Origin: Octopus sinensis
Taxonomy: Eukaryota
DNA length: 64,000 nt
Assembly: GCF_006345805.1 (NCBI RefSeq)
Contig: NC_043021.1
Coordinates: forward strand, 13,702,001-13,766,000
Reading direction: 5' to 3'
The notes beneath the pieces were generated by a model, which was given only the letters and a program-made list of their open reading frames with translations, searched no databases and was not told the DNA's origin. Position numbers and translations under genes: made by a program. Below are positions 1 to 12,477 of the stretch, in pieces (within the stretch, counting starts at the first letter, position 1; each line of letters opens with the position of its first letter).

Positions 1-1432
1 GTCCATCGCAGGATTACTCAATTTTGCCAGCTGAGTGGACTGGAGCAATGTCAAATGAAGTGTTTTGCTCAAGAACACAATACGTTGCCTGGTCCAGGAA
101 TCGAAACCACAGTCTTCCAATCACAAGTCCAACACCCTAATCACTAAGCCATGTGCCTCTTTTTCAAACATACACATCATCATCGTTTAATGTCTGTTTT
201 CCATGCTGGCATGGGTTGGATGGTTCGACTGGGGTCTGGGAAGCCAGGAGGCTGCACCAGGCTCCAGTCTGATCTGGCAGTGTTTCTATAGCTGGATGCC
301 CTTCCTATAACGCCAACCACTCCGTTAGTATAGTGGGTGCTTTTTACGTGTCACCAGCACAGGGGCTAGAGGAGGCTGGCAAACGGCCACGATCGGTTGC
401 TGCCTTTTACATGTCACCAACACTGCCGCCAGCTACGTTTGGACGGTGCTTTTTACGTGTCACCGGCACAGGTATCTTAACTACACGCGAGTTAGAAAAT
501 GAATGAATATAACACGTTTTATTTGGTACAATTGTTTCTATACACCTGCGTGTAAATGATTCCTTGTGAAAAGTTATGCAATATGTATGAGGTTGACTAT
601 AGCGGAGTGGTACTTCATCAGACTAGCAATGTGCAGAATGTAAAATTGCATGATTTCCTGCTGGTCTGTTGGAAAATCTTTCTTGAATTATTTGTTCATG
701 AAATCTGTTCAGGTTTGGCAGGAAATGTTTAGGTTGCATGTGGCTGATGTTTTTGGTGTGGTTGTGTGGTTAAGAATTACCTCAGCAGATATATTCCTTG
801 GTAAAGGTATACTGCAGCAGTTCTATGACTGAAAAGAGTAAAATAACAAGAGACTATGCTGTTTGTAATTTTAATTTCTATGTACTCATTCTTTATAGTT
901 ATATATGTTCTACTTTTAGTAAGTAATATAGGAAAACTTAGCCTAGAATAAGCTTACTAAGAGGTTGTGTACAAACCTAAGGACCACTTCTATGTGTGGT
1001 TTCTTTGGAAAGTATGGGGGTCATATAACACATATAGATGATAATGGGAGTGTATGTTTGATGTGATTGTTGTCTGTGAATGTTGTATTTCTATCTTGTG
1101 GGCTCATTGCTCTAAGTTGATCTTCATTGTTATAGGGCTGAACTTATAGTTTCTTGGTTTATGGCAGTTTTGCTGTCTCGATTTTACCCTACATTGATAT
1201 TGTATGACCATCCTTCATAAGGATTCCAAATTTTGGCTAGGGTAATATTTACCTAAGGGTTTGTAGTTTATGGGGTTTTGTTGCAAGATGGCTACTGAGG
1301 ATAGGGCTGTTATTCGTCAAGGTAGGTCACACAGTATAGTTGATAATAATACTGAAATATCAACAACATGAAATACAATCAAATAAAGATCTCATTCTAT
1401 ATTTCTTGGACTGCATGGCTGGATTGGATAGG

Positions 1433-1467
<35 letters not shown>

Positions 1468-3030
1468 ATATATGTATAAAGGTAAAGGTTACATTCTCAA
1501 GTCATGCCAACTCATAAAGGCTGGTTTCCCATTTCCAAAGTGTATAAATTCCTCACTTGGACAGGATGTTGGTCCATCGCAGGATTACTCAATTTTGCCA
1601 GCTGAGTGGACTGGAGCAATGTCAAATGAAGTGTTTTGCTCAAGAACACAATACGTTGCCTGGTCCAGGAATCGAAACCACAGTCTTCCAATCACAAGTC
1701 CAACACCCTAATCACTAAGCCATGTGCCTCTTTTTCAAACATACACATCATCATCGTTTAATGTCTGTTTTCCATGCTGGCATGGGTTGGATGGTTCGAC
1801 TGGGGTCTGGGAAGCCAGGAGGCTGCACCAGGCTCCAGTCTGATCTGGCAGTGTTTCTATAGCTGGATGCCCTTCCTATAACGCCAACCACTCCGTTAGT
1901 ATAGTGGGTGCTTTTTACGTGTCACCAGCACAGGGGCTAGAGGAGGCTGGCAAACGGCCACGATCGGTTGCTGCCTTTTACATGTCACCAACACTGCCGC
2001 CAGCTACGTTTGGACGGTGCTTTTTACGTGTCACCGGCACAGGTATCTTAACTACACGCGAGTTAGAAAATGAATGAATATAACACGTTTTATTTGTACA
2101 ATTGTTTCTATACACCTGCGTGTAAATGATCCTTGTGAAAAGTTATGCAATATGTATGAGGTTGACTATAGCGGAGTGGTACTTCATCAGACTAGCAATG
2201 TGCAGAATGTAAAATTGCATGATTTCCTGCTGGTCTGTTGGAAAATCTTTCTTGAATTATTTGTTCATGAAATCTGTTCAGGTTTGGCAGGAAATGTTTA
2301 GGTTGCATGTGGCTGATGTTTTTGGTGTGGTTGTGTGGTTAAGAATTACCTCAGCAGATATATTCCTTGGTAACAGGTATACTGCAGCAGTTCTATGACT
2401 GAAAAGAGTAAAATAACAAGAGACTATGCTGTTTGTAATTTTAATTTCTATGTACTCATTCTTTATAGTTATATATGTTCTACTTTTAGTAAGTAATATA
2501 GGAAAACTTAGCCTAGAATAAGCTTACTAAGAGGTTGTGTACAAACCTAAGGACCACTTCTATGTGTGGTTTCTTTGGAAAGTATGGGGGTCATATAACA
2601 CATATAGATGATAATGGGAGTGTATGTTTGATGTGATTGTTGTCTGTGAATGTTGTATTTCTATCTTGTGGGCTCATTGCTCTAAGTTGATCTTCATTGT
2701 TATAGGGCTGAACTTAATAGTTTCTTGGTTTATGGCAGTTTTGCTGTCTCGATTTTACCCTACATTGATATTGTATGACCATCCTTCATAAGGATTCCAA
2801 ATTTTTGGCTAGGGTAATATTTACCTAAGGGTTTGTAGTTTATGGGGTTTTGTTGCAAGATGGCTACTGAGGATAGGGCTGTTATTCGTCAAGGTAGGTC
2901 ACACAGTATAGTTGATAATAATACTGAAATATCAACAACATGAAATACAATCAAATAAAGATCTCATTCTATATTTCTTGGACTGCATGGCTGGATTGGA
3001 TAGGATATATATATATATATATATATATAC
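1..3030. repeat. Direct tandem duplication, period 1571 bp
   Basis: 1..~1430 recurs at 1572..~3004. The differences I saw are single-base indels and (TA)n length. The unit holds a minus-strand SINE-B head, an RTE 3' tail and unique sequence. Confidence 0.95.
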
Positions 3031-3722
3031 TAGGGGAAGGCAAAAATTATCTGTGCTTTTGCCATAGCATATCTTTATTATTGTCACACTGCCTTCTGTG
3101 CATGCATGCTTATAGTTGGTACTGTTGTAGTCAAATGATCGAAGTTTGAGCCTAATCGCCCCATTTTTCTTTCCGGCTTTACATTGTAAGCATGGCTGCT
3201 CCATTAGCAATGTGCACCAAAGAAGAACAAGAAACAGTGATCCGATTTCTCTGGTCGGAAGGTATGTCAGGTACTGAAATTCATCAGAGGCTTTTAACAC
3301 AATTGGGTAATGGTTTCAATGGTCTGGGCTGCCATGTATGGGTGTGCATTGTCATGCAACAACAAAACTTTCTTCAACAATAGGCTTCGATGTTTGGTGC
3401 AAATTGCTGGCTTCAGTTTGTTGGCCAGCAAAACACTGTATCTTGCACCATTGATTGTACACTCCCTTTCCAAGTAGTCTTCAGTATAGGTCCTTTTGAG
3501 TCCCAAGAAGGGGTTAGCATCATTTTTCCCACGGAAGACTGAGTTTTGAATTTCTTAGTCGCTGTTGAGCCAGGAGGTTTCTATTCCATACTCTGTCTTT
3601 TGGATTCTACCTCATAGTGATGGACCCACATTTCATCTCTGTGACTATTCTGCTCAAAAATTCCTCACCGTCATTGTTGTAGTGATTGAGTAAACATTGG
3701 CAGACCTCAAGACATCCATGTT
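3030..3722. mobile_element. Rearranged mariner transposase relic
   Basis: TA + CTAGGGGAAGGCAAAAATTATC TIR-like start. + strand HTH MAAPLAMCTKEEQETVIRFLWSEG (3192-3308). Minus strand catalytic motifs DEMWVHHYEVESKRQSME and LLLHDNAHPY (3300-3722). Confidence 0.88.
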
Positions 3723-3760
3723 AAGTAGGACACACGGACACACACACACATATGTATATA

Positions 3761-3935
3761 TAGGGAGAGTTCACGAAAAAAACAAAAGATGAAGACAGGT
3801 GGTGTACAAAACAAACAGATGTATTAGTATAACGCTCAAGAATAGAAAAAGTTTTTAATGTTTCGAGCCTACGCTCTTCTACAGAAAGGGACACAGAAAA
3901 AAACAAGGAGAAAAAAATGTGTGTAGTGGCTACCG

Positions 3936-3940
<5 letters not shown>
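3761..3940 (-). mobile_element. Penelope-derived short element with minimal hammerhead-like motif (copy 1)
   Basis: Homologous to 14150-14325 and 29665-29860. Minus strand CTGTAGA-A-GAGC-GTAG-GCTC-GAAA-CATT-AAAAA. Flanked by TA-rich microsatellites. Confidence 0.65.
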
Positions 3941-4017
<77 letters not shown>

Positions 4018-4061
4018 CTGGCTTATACAGATGAGAAAAATATACATAAATATGTAGCTAC

Positions 4062-4425
4062 TGATATGACTGTGTTTTAAGTTTGCTTCTCAACCACATG
4101 GTTCCAGGTTCAATCCCACTGCATTGCAACTTGGGCAAGTGTCTTCTACTGCAGCCTTGGGTCAACCAAAGCTTTTTGAATGGATTTGGTAGACTGAAAT
4201 TGAAAGAAGCTTGTCATATCTATCTTTCTACATTCACACAACCATATACACAAATATTTATAGATACAGAGATAAATATATGTGTGTATATATCTAAATG
4301 TGTTTATCTTTAAGTTTGTCCTCATAGCTGCTTCACAACTGGTATTGGTTTCTTTATGTCTCTGTAACTTAGCAGTTCAGCAAAGAGATTAATAGAATAA
4401 AAAAGGAAGTACTGGGGGTTGACTT
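4062..4425 (+). mobile_element. SINE family A (tRNA-derived head), degenerate
   Basis: B-box-like GGTTCAATCCC, CTTGGGCAAGTGTCTTCTAC core and downstream body shared with many copies. Confidence 0.75.
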
Positions 4426-5274
4426 ACACACACACATATACATATATTATACAACTGTATTAATTATTAATATCACAAAGTGTAGCCTGGAGCAAATTTA
4501 ATCCATATTTTTTTAAACAAAGAAGTTCTGTAGGAATATCAAGGTTTTGTTGTACTATATGATTGTATTATATATGGGGGTAATGTTTTGTAATCAATAT
4601 GGTTAAATGAGGCCCAGAGCAAGGTTAAGAAGGGGTTGTGCATGATGCTTTTAAGAACAAAGACCACTTTAAGCTTTATCTCCAACAGAGTGTGGGCTGA
4701 TGGTGACATTTTAGTAATCAATATAGCAAAACCAGCCTGGAGCTAGGTTATGTTGAGGTTTATTATGTGGTCCTATTCAAAACAGGACCATGTCTAGGTA
4801 TGCCTGAAACGCAACTGTCAAGGTCTTGTGAATCATGAGGGGCTTCATTGTATATGAGGTAACATGTTTATTATTGAAATTACAGCATTGAAAACACATA
4901 TTAGTCATTCAAAAAATCTGATAACTTTGTGTAAACATTTATGATTCGGTGTCAAAATTTTCATCATACCGATTGCAGCCTGGTCACTGACATGGTTTAA
5001 TTGCATATGGTTTAAGACAAGGCTGTGGGCCAGTACATATTTGTATGTATGTATGTGTGTGTGTGTGTGTATGTATATATATATATATATATACTCACAC
5101 ATGCACACACACATATATATATACATATATGTATATAGCAAGTGAAACAGAGCCAGATCATCGATAATTTCAGATTTGATTGATTCTCATCAGTGACTCT
5201 CATCCAGTTGCCAAGGTGATATATATAATATGCAATGTTTTGGTATCCAAAAGACCCTATATATATATATATAG

Positions 5275-5460
5275 CAATGTAACTACATGTGTTGTTGGCA
5301 ATTTCTTTTCCTTCTTTGGACTTTTCCCTTTCTTCTTACTGATGAAGAGCTATGCTCAAAGCGTCAAAAACTCTCTTTACTGAGCGTCAAACTAATACAT
5401 TCCTTGTGCATGTCCTCTTCTTCTCAGTGTTGTTCATTGTATTGTTCATCTATATGAATC
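5275..5460 (+). mobile_element. Penelope-derived short element, second subfamily
   Basis: CTGATGA-A-GAGC-TAT-GCTC-AAAGCGTC followed by ACTAATACAT similar to the other copies. (TA)n on the left. Confidence 0.5.
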
Positions 5461-5487
5461 GACTATACACACACACACATATATATA

Positions 5488-5723
5488 CAGGGTGGCCCCA
5501 AAATAAGTTTACAGTTATCACATTGGCACTTTGAATTTCATATAAAACATTTTATTATATCTGAATTTCTATTTTACAAACTGAAAAGGGAGCTTGAGAA
5601 AATTAACTAAATTAGCATAGAATAATGGTTTCGTATTTTTTTTTATAATTAAGATCTAAATGTTAATGTATGGATGCGAAAGAGATAGTTTAATAACTGT
5701 AAACCTACTTTTGGTCTACCCTG
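5488..5723. mobile_element. Tc1/mariner-type MITE
   Basis: Imperfect ~30-bp TIRs CAGGGTGGCCCCAAAATAAGTTTACAGTTAT / ATAACTGTAAACCTACTTTTGGTCTACCCTG with TA on both sides. Confidence 0.8.
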
Positions 5724-7764
5724 TATGTTATGCTATATATGTATATAATGTACAGGGTTTTTAAATATTTGCATGCTTCAGTGAGTGGACTGCAACCATG
5801 CTAGGGTACTGTTTTGAAGAGTTTTACCTGAGCGAATTGACCCTAGTACTTTTTTTCCCTTAAGCCTGGTGCATATTCTATAAATCCTTTTTTTTTTTTG
5901 CTGAACCACTAAGTTATGAGGATGTAAACAAACCAACCCCAGCTTCAAGTGGAAGTGGTGGGTGGGGGGGCGCAATCTCAAACGCAAAGCCACACATACA
6001 GACACACATGTGTCTAGTGAACTTCTTGTTTTAGTTTGTCTGTCAAATCTATTCATGACGCTTTGATTGGCCTGGGCCTCCTCCTCCCCCTTCCTCCTTC
6101 CTTCCTTCCCTCCCTCCTCCCCTCCCCTCCCAGTCACCCCTCCTTTGTTGTTGTTGTTGTTCTTTGCCTTCTTCTTTTTCTTCTTTCTTGCTGCTGCTGC
6201 TGTTGTTCTTTTTCTTCTTCCTCCCTAATAAAATTTATAGGCTCTGCCAGTTTAATATGCTCAACCTATACCGCATTTCACGAATGCATTCCCCTACAAC
6301 TTCCATCAAGAGTCAGGTGCTCCTGGATGGGTGGGTGAACCGAAGCCAACAGGCTTAGAATCATATGACAATTAATATTTCACCCTTAAAAACGAGCTGC
6401 TGGGTTTCATTTAGTTAAACAATATATTAAAACAAAAATTGGGCTGTTGAAAATGGAAACTTTACTAAACATCTCAATTAACTGTTAATTGCAAGCTTAA
6501 TTAGCCAGGAATGAAAGTTATTTTTAACTCTTTTGTTACCATATTTCTGTTGAAATATGCTGCCTTTGTTTCAATTAATTTTAAGAATGATTATTTTGGT
6601 AGGATCTACTTTGAGGGAAATTTGGCCGCTATTTCTAGCAGATCAAGCCACCACGTACAGGTTCTCTCTTTAGCTTGTATCTGTGTGTAGCAACTTAGGT
6701 GAAAAGAACACAGGAGATGTTGTGACCTTCATGCCTTTCCTAAGGGCATCAGAGGAATGAAGTGAAGGTGGGGGGGATATCGTTAACAAGAACCCTCCCC
6801 TCCAAAACCTAGTTGATGGGTACCGCATTTAACTCTTGCTTCCATTGTGTTTAGTCAATAGAAATCAATATTATCTGTGCTATCAATATTTCCAGCCTTA
6901 TGTTTGGTCTCCATGGCAACATTTGTTAGTAAAAAGCTAAGGGGTGGGGCGATGGCAGTGATTACATTGCTGGGGAGGGCGGCGGTGGTGGTGTCATTAG
7001 CAGCAGCGGTGGTGGTGGTGGTAGTACATATAGGAGTGGCAGCTGTATTTATGGTAGTGAGGATAGGGTTGGTGGTGGTTTGTAGCTTTGTAATTAACAT
7101 AATGATTTTTTTTTTGTTAGCTCTTTATTGTTTTTGTTCAACATATGCATTTTTCTCCTCCTTCAAATAAACTTTCTATTCCACCTCCCACCACCCAATT
7201 ATTTACCCCACCTTCCTCCCTCCGTAAGTGCTGGATTCCACCCCTCCCTACCATCGACTAATTATCCCTCCCCCTTCTCCTCCTGCACTAAACACTATTC
7301 ACACTTGTCTCTCCTCCTACTACTAATTATTTTTTTAGTCCCTGTTTAGGTCTGACATTCATTGCTTTGATGTTTCCAGGAGAAAAATATGCAAATATAT
7401 ATAGCCATTTACTCATTTACATGTTTCATTCATTGGGACAGTGGCCATGCTGGGGCATCACCTTGAGTAGTTTCAAGTCAAAGAAATTGATCCCTGTACT
7501 TATTTTTTCAAAGCTTGGTGCTTCTTTTCAAACTCTTTTGCTAAGCTGCTAAGTTATGAGGGTTTAGATAAACCAACACTGGTTGCCAAGTGGTGACAGG
7601 GGACAAACATTGACACACATCTATATACATATATATTCTTTTATTCTTTTATTCTTTTATTTGTTCCAGTCGTTTGACTGCGGCCATGCTGGAGCACCAC
7701 ATTTAGTCGAGCAAATCGACCCCAGGACTTATTCTTTGTAAGCCTAGTACTTATTCTATTGGTC

Positions 7765-8185
7765 TCTTTGAAGTTATCATTATCCATGCAGCGGAGTATG
7801 ATAACTTCATTTCTTTCAAGCCTTTGCAAGTCCTCTGGAGTCAAAGCCCATGTTTCACTGCCATATAGTACAGCTGTATATACACAGGTATCATACAATC
7901 TGCCTTTCACTCTGAGGGAGAGGCTCTTAGTTACCAACAAAGATAAAAGCTCTCTGAATGTCACCCAGCCTGTTCTTATCCTAGCAACTACAATTTCAGA
8001 ACTTCCACCACCACTGCTAACTTGATCTCCTAGGTAACAGAAGGCATCTACTACTTCTAATGATCCCTCTGAGCATTTGAGGGAGCCTATTGTCTGTGCA
8101 TTTTTAGTGCTTATTGTGCCTACACATTTGCCACACACAAAGACTATATTCTCCATTAACCTTCCTGTGATACCGCTACATTTCT
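7765..8185 (-). mobile_element. RTE-clade LINE reverse-transcriptase C-terminal fragment
   Basis: Translation ...LEVVDAFCYLGDQVSSGGG...KGRLYDTCVYTAVLYGSETWAL...LERNE, typical RTE motifs (F.YLG, YGSETW). Confidence 0.88.
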
Positions 8186-9109
8186 TATGTGTCCAAAGCT
8201 TGCACTGAGTACAACATTTGGAGTTTCTGCCAACACCCTCCTTACATATTGAGCAAGGCCATCTCCCAGAAGGGACTTATGATTTTTCAGTTTTCCTACT
8301 TATTAGGACTTTGCTTATATATATATAAACACATGTATAATAGGAAAGGAAGGAAGGAAACAGGGAGGGAGGGAAGAAAGGAAGGAGAGAAGGAAGACTG
8401 GAAGGAGGGAAGACAGGAAGGAAAGAGGGAAGGATGCTAGGAAGGACGGAAGGAAGGAATTGTTTTAGGATTAAAGAAACCAGAATGCTTGCAAGAGTGT
8501 AAGATTCTGCTGTAACTCCACCCATGGGCCAGGTAGCGTTGGTGTTAAACCAGGCGAGATGCTAAGTCTAGCATTCAAAACCAAGACTGGCAATGGCTCC
8601 ATCAACGGACTTCTCTGCAGCAGTCAATCACAAGGCATTGGACGAGCCGAGGCTGAGACGGAAGACACTCGTCTGCCTGCTGGTATTAATCTGAAGACAT
8701 CAAAGAAAGTGATACATTGTTTGCTTGACATATACACGGCAAATTTATGCGTCGTCATGTGATTACTCCAGATGTTATGCTATGAATTATGCATATGACT
8801 TAATTAAACAATGCTGTTCTTCAAATTACCAGAAAACCCTTAAGATATTGAGTTGAGAGCTTGCCGGAAGCATTTTAGTCTACTTGCGTGAAATCAGGAT
8901 TAAGTAAAAGACAAACAGATGAAGCATCTTCCCAATTGGCTTCTTGTTTTAGTATTTTGCATTCTTTTTCTCCCCCCCCCCCTTTTTTTTTTTTGAAATT
9001 CTGGTTGTTGTTTTAGCCCCCAGTCAGACCTGATCTGGCAGAGTAATGATCAAAAGACCTCTGCAATCTTAAATCAACTCAGTTTAATTTAATTTTTTTC
9101 CACCCCCCA

Positions 9110-9735
9110 CCCGTAGCTGTGTAATAAGAAGCTTGCTTCCCAAGCACATAGTTCCGGGTTCAGTCCCACTGTGAGGCACCTTGGGCAAGTATCTTCTACT
9201 TTAACCTTGGGCAAGTGTCTTCTACTTTAGCCTTGGGCTGACCAAAGCCTTGTGAGTAGATTTGATAGACAGAAACTCAAAGAAGCCCGTTGTATGTCAT
9301 CATCATCATCACCATCGTTTAACGTCCGCTTTCCATGCTTGCATGGGTTGGATGATTTGACGGAAGTCTGGCGAACCAGACTTCAATCTGATCAGGCTGA
9401 GTTTCTACAGCTGGATGCCCTTCCTAATGCCAACCATTCCGAGCGTGTAGTGGATGCTTTTACGTGCCACCGGCACGATATATATATATATATATATATT
9501 TATGTGTGTGTGTGTGTTTTTGTCTGTGTTGTTTGTCCCCCCTACCATTACTTGACAACCGATGTTGGTGTTTTTATGTCCCTAAAACTCAGTGGTTCGG
9601 CAAAAGAGAACAATAGAATAAGTACTAGGATTATAGAGAATAAGGCCTGGGGTTGATTTCTTTGACTAAAACCCTTTAAGGTGGTGCTCCAGCATGGCCA
9701 TATTCAAATGACTGAAACGTGTAAAACAATAAAAG
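9110..9735 (+). mobile_element. SINE family A interrupted by a minus-strand RTE 3' tail (~9300-9480)
   Basis: Head 9110-9290, tail 9500-9735, and an inserted CATCAT...GCTGGATGCCCTTCCTAATGCCAACC segment. Confidence 0.75.
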
Positions 9736-9759
9736 GATTAGTATATCTAAGATTAAGTT

Positions 9760-9912
9760 CCTTTCAGTTTCTGTCTACCAAATCCACTCACAAGGTTTCA
9801 ATCAGCCCAAGGCTATAGTAAGAAAACACTTGGTCAAGGTGTCACACAATGGGACTGAACCCAGAACCATATGGTTGGGAAGCAAGCTTCTTAACACACA
9901 GTCACACCTGCA
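9760..9912 (-). mobile_element. SINE family A head, inverted relative to the 9110 copy
   Basis: Reverse complement of the head (GGGACTGAACCCAGAACCATATGGTTGGGAAGCAAGCTTC). Confidence 0.75.
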
Positions 9913-10477
9913 CCTGTTTGTAGTTAGCTCTTCAGTACTCCATGCATTAAATAATAATGTGTTGAATATATTAACTCACTGAATCTTCTTCTGGATTAAA
10001 GGTGAGATGGCCTCTAAGTGTCTCTGTGTCTGCTCGTGACGACATTCACTCCTAAAACAACGTGTGAAAGCATGGCACATGCTACCAGTAATACTTGCTT
10101 GCATGTCATGGCTGGTTGTACTTTAAACTTATGTCCTCTATCTGACTCTCTCTCCTTCTCTACATCTATCTATCTCTCCGCAAGTGTCTGTTTGTCTGCC
10201 TGTCCATCTATTTATCTCTGTTTATCTATCTTTCTCTCACTCTATGTCTGCCATTCTATCTGTCTTTCTGTCTAATAGCTATCTGTCCATCCGTCCGTCT
10301 GTCCGTCCGTCCATCCATCTCTGTCTATTTTTCTATTATTCTGTCTGTCTATCTTTCTAATTATTCTCTGTGTGTGTGCATGTGTCTGTCTGTCTGTCTT
10401 TCCATCTATCTATCTCTTACTAACCTTATCATTTTATTAGCTTTTTAATGCTTTAAGTCATTAAATAATAAAGTATG

Positions 10478-10765
<288 letters not shown>

Positions 10766-11176
10766 CAGTATCTACCCATCATCTATCTGTTTGCTTGCTT
10801 GTTTATATATTTCTTCTGCCCAGCTTAATTAATGCTGCATGCAAACAGATATGATAACCTGGACTTACCTATACTTTAAGGTGCCATCTAGTGTTCAGCT
10901 TGGAATTGTACTACGAGAGTATTCGATTGCTCATTAGTGACAGCACCTGTAATAGGAGGAGTGGAGGGAGGGAGGGAGGAGTAGAGGAATGGCTTGATTT
11001 TTTTTTTTTTTTCCTTCCTCCCATGTCCAAGAAATCAACCAGTTATGTGTGCATTGTTGAATAAATATTAAATGAATAATATTTGTATTAATCATTAGAT
11101 GACTGTGCGCTGGCAGGCATGGCTAGTTCAGGAGACTGACGATGATAACGTTGATGATGATTGTTGTTATTTAATT

Positions 11177-11208
<32 letters not shown>

Positions 11209-11235
11209 CACACACGCAGATATGTATTTTATATA

Positions 11236-11597
11236 GGTGCAAGAGTGGCTGTGTGGTAAGTAGCTTGCTTACCAACCACATGGTTCCGGGTTCAGTCCCA
11301 CTGCGTGGCACCTTGGGCAAGTGTCTTCTACTATAGCCTCGGGCCAACCAAAGCCTTGTGAGTGGATTTGGTAGACGGAAACTGAAAGAAGCCCGTTGTA
11401 TATATTTATGTGTGTGTATGTTTGTACCCCCAACATCGCTTGACAACCAATGTTGGTGTGTTTGTGTCCCTGTAACTTAGCGGTTTGGCAAAAGAGACTG
11501 ATAGAATAAGTACTAGGCTTACAAAGAATAAGTCCTGGGGTCAATTTGCTCGACTAAAGGCGGTGCTCCAGCATGGCCGCAGTCAAATGACTGAAAC
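11236..11597 (+). mobile_element. SINE family A, near full length
   Basis: tRNA-like head (GTGGCTGTGTGGTAAG...GGTTCAGTCCC), internal TA/TG tract, tail GCGGTGCTCCAGCATGGCCGCAGTCAAATGACTGAAAC. Confidence 0.88.
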
Positions 11598-11715
11598 ATG
11601 TAAAAGAGTAAAAGAATATATATATATATACACACACACACATATGTATATATACACACACACATGTATGTACGTGTGTATGTATATATTATATATATGT
11701 TGTGTATTTTATATG

Positions 11716-12170
11716 TAGGTGCAGGCATGGTTGTGTAGTAAGAAGCTTGCTTCTCAACCACATGGTTTTGGGTTCAGTCCCACTGTGTAGGCCCTTGGGT
11801 GAATGTCTTCAACTATAGCCGCAGGTCAACCAAAGCCTTGTAAGTGGATTTGATTGCTAGAAACTGAAAGAATCTCATTCCTAAATATATATATGTGTAT
11901 GTGTGTGTGTGTTTGTGTATGTGTGTGTCTGCTTGTCTTGGCATCACATGATTTGTTGTAAATGATTGTCACTGTCATACACGCAGTGTCATTCATTTGC
12001 AATATTTTGTGAGAACATTTCTGGTCATGGGGAAATATCACCTTATTTGGAAACAGGTGAGGTCTGGTAATGGCAGGGCCGTCCAGCTGCAGAAAATCTG
12101 CTTCAAATTAACTCTGTCCGATCCATGCAAGCATGAAAAAATGGATGTTAAATAACGATGATGATGATAA
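11716..12170 (+). mobile_element. SINE family A head with alternative RTE-like tail (A2)
   Basis: Same head as 11236. After the TG tract the sequence differs and ends CCATGCAAGCATGAAAAAATGGATGTTAAA(TGA)n like RTE tails. Confidence 0.7.
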
Positions 12171-12477
12171 TATATCTATGGTAAGAAAGAACAATGACAG
12201 ACCCTTTATTGTTGTAGTTCTCGTAAGTTTTACTGGTTTGGTTGATGTCCCCTAGCAACAAAATCTATTGTGGGATATCTGGATTCAAAGCATGAGAAGC
12301 TTCCCCTCTTTTCAAAGATGTGGAATTGTTAAAGTGTCAGTCAAAATGCTTTGCTGTATATTTTCTGGTTCTATTTATTCGGAGTTTAAATCTTATCCTT
12401 TTGGGTTAATAAAATAAAATGCCAGTCAAGTACTGGAGCCCTGTATATTTTACTCTTTACTAAATAAATAAGTTAAT

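Noticed and set aside
485-1420. Possible degenerate Penelope coding sequence (also 4500-4990)
   Set aside because: Only isolated short motif resemblances (VVYKP, LKVVFV) with many stops. Cannot be supported without a search.
10855-10960. Minus-strand AG|GTAAGT (also GGTGAGT at ~57990) suggesting an antisense gene
   Set aside because: No matching acceptor, open frame or recognisable peptide found.
11236-11310. tRNA gene calls for SINE heads (also 19836, 43356)
   Set aside because: A/B boxes are present, but there is no complete cloverleaf, and each continues into a shared SINE body.
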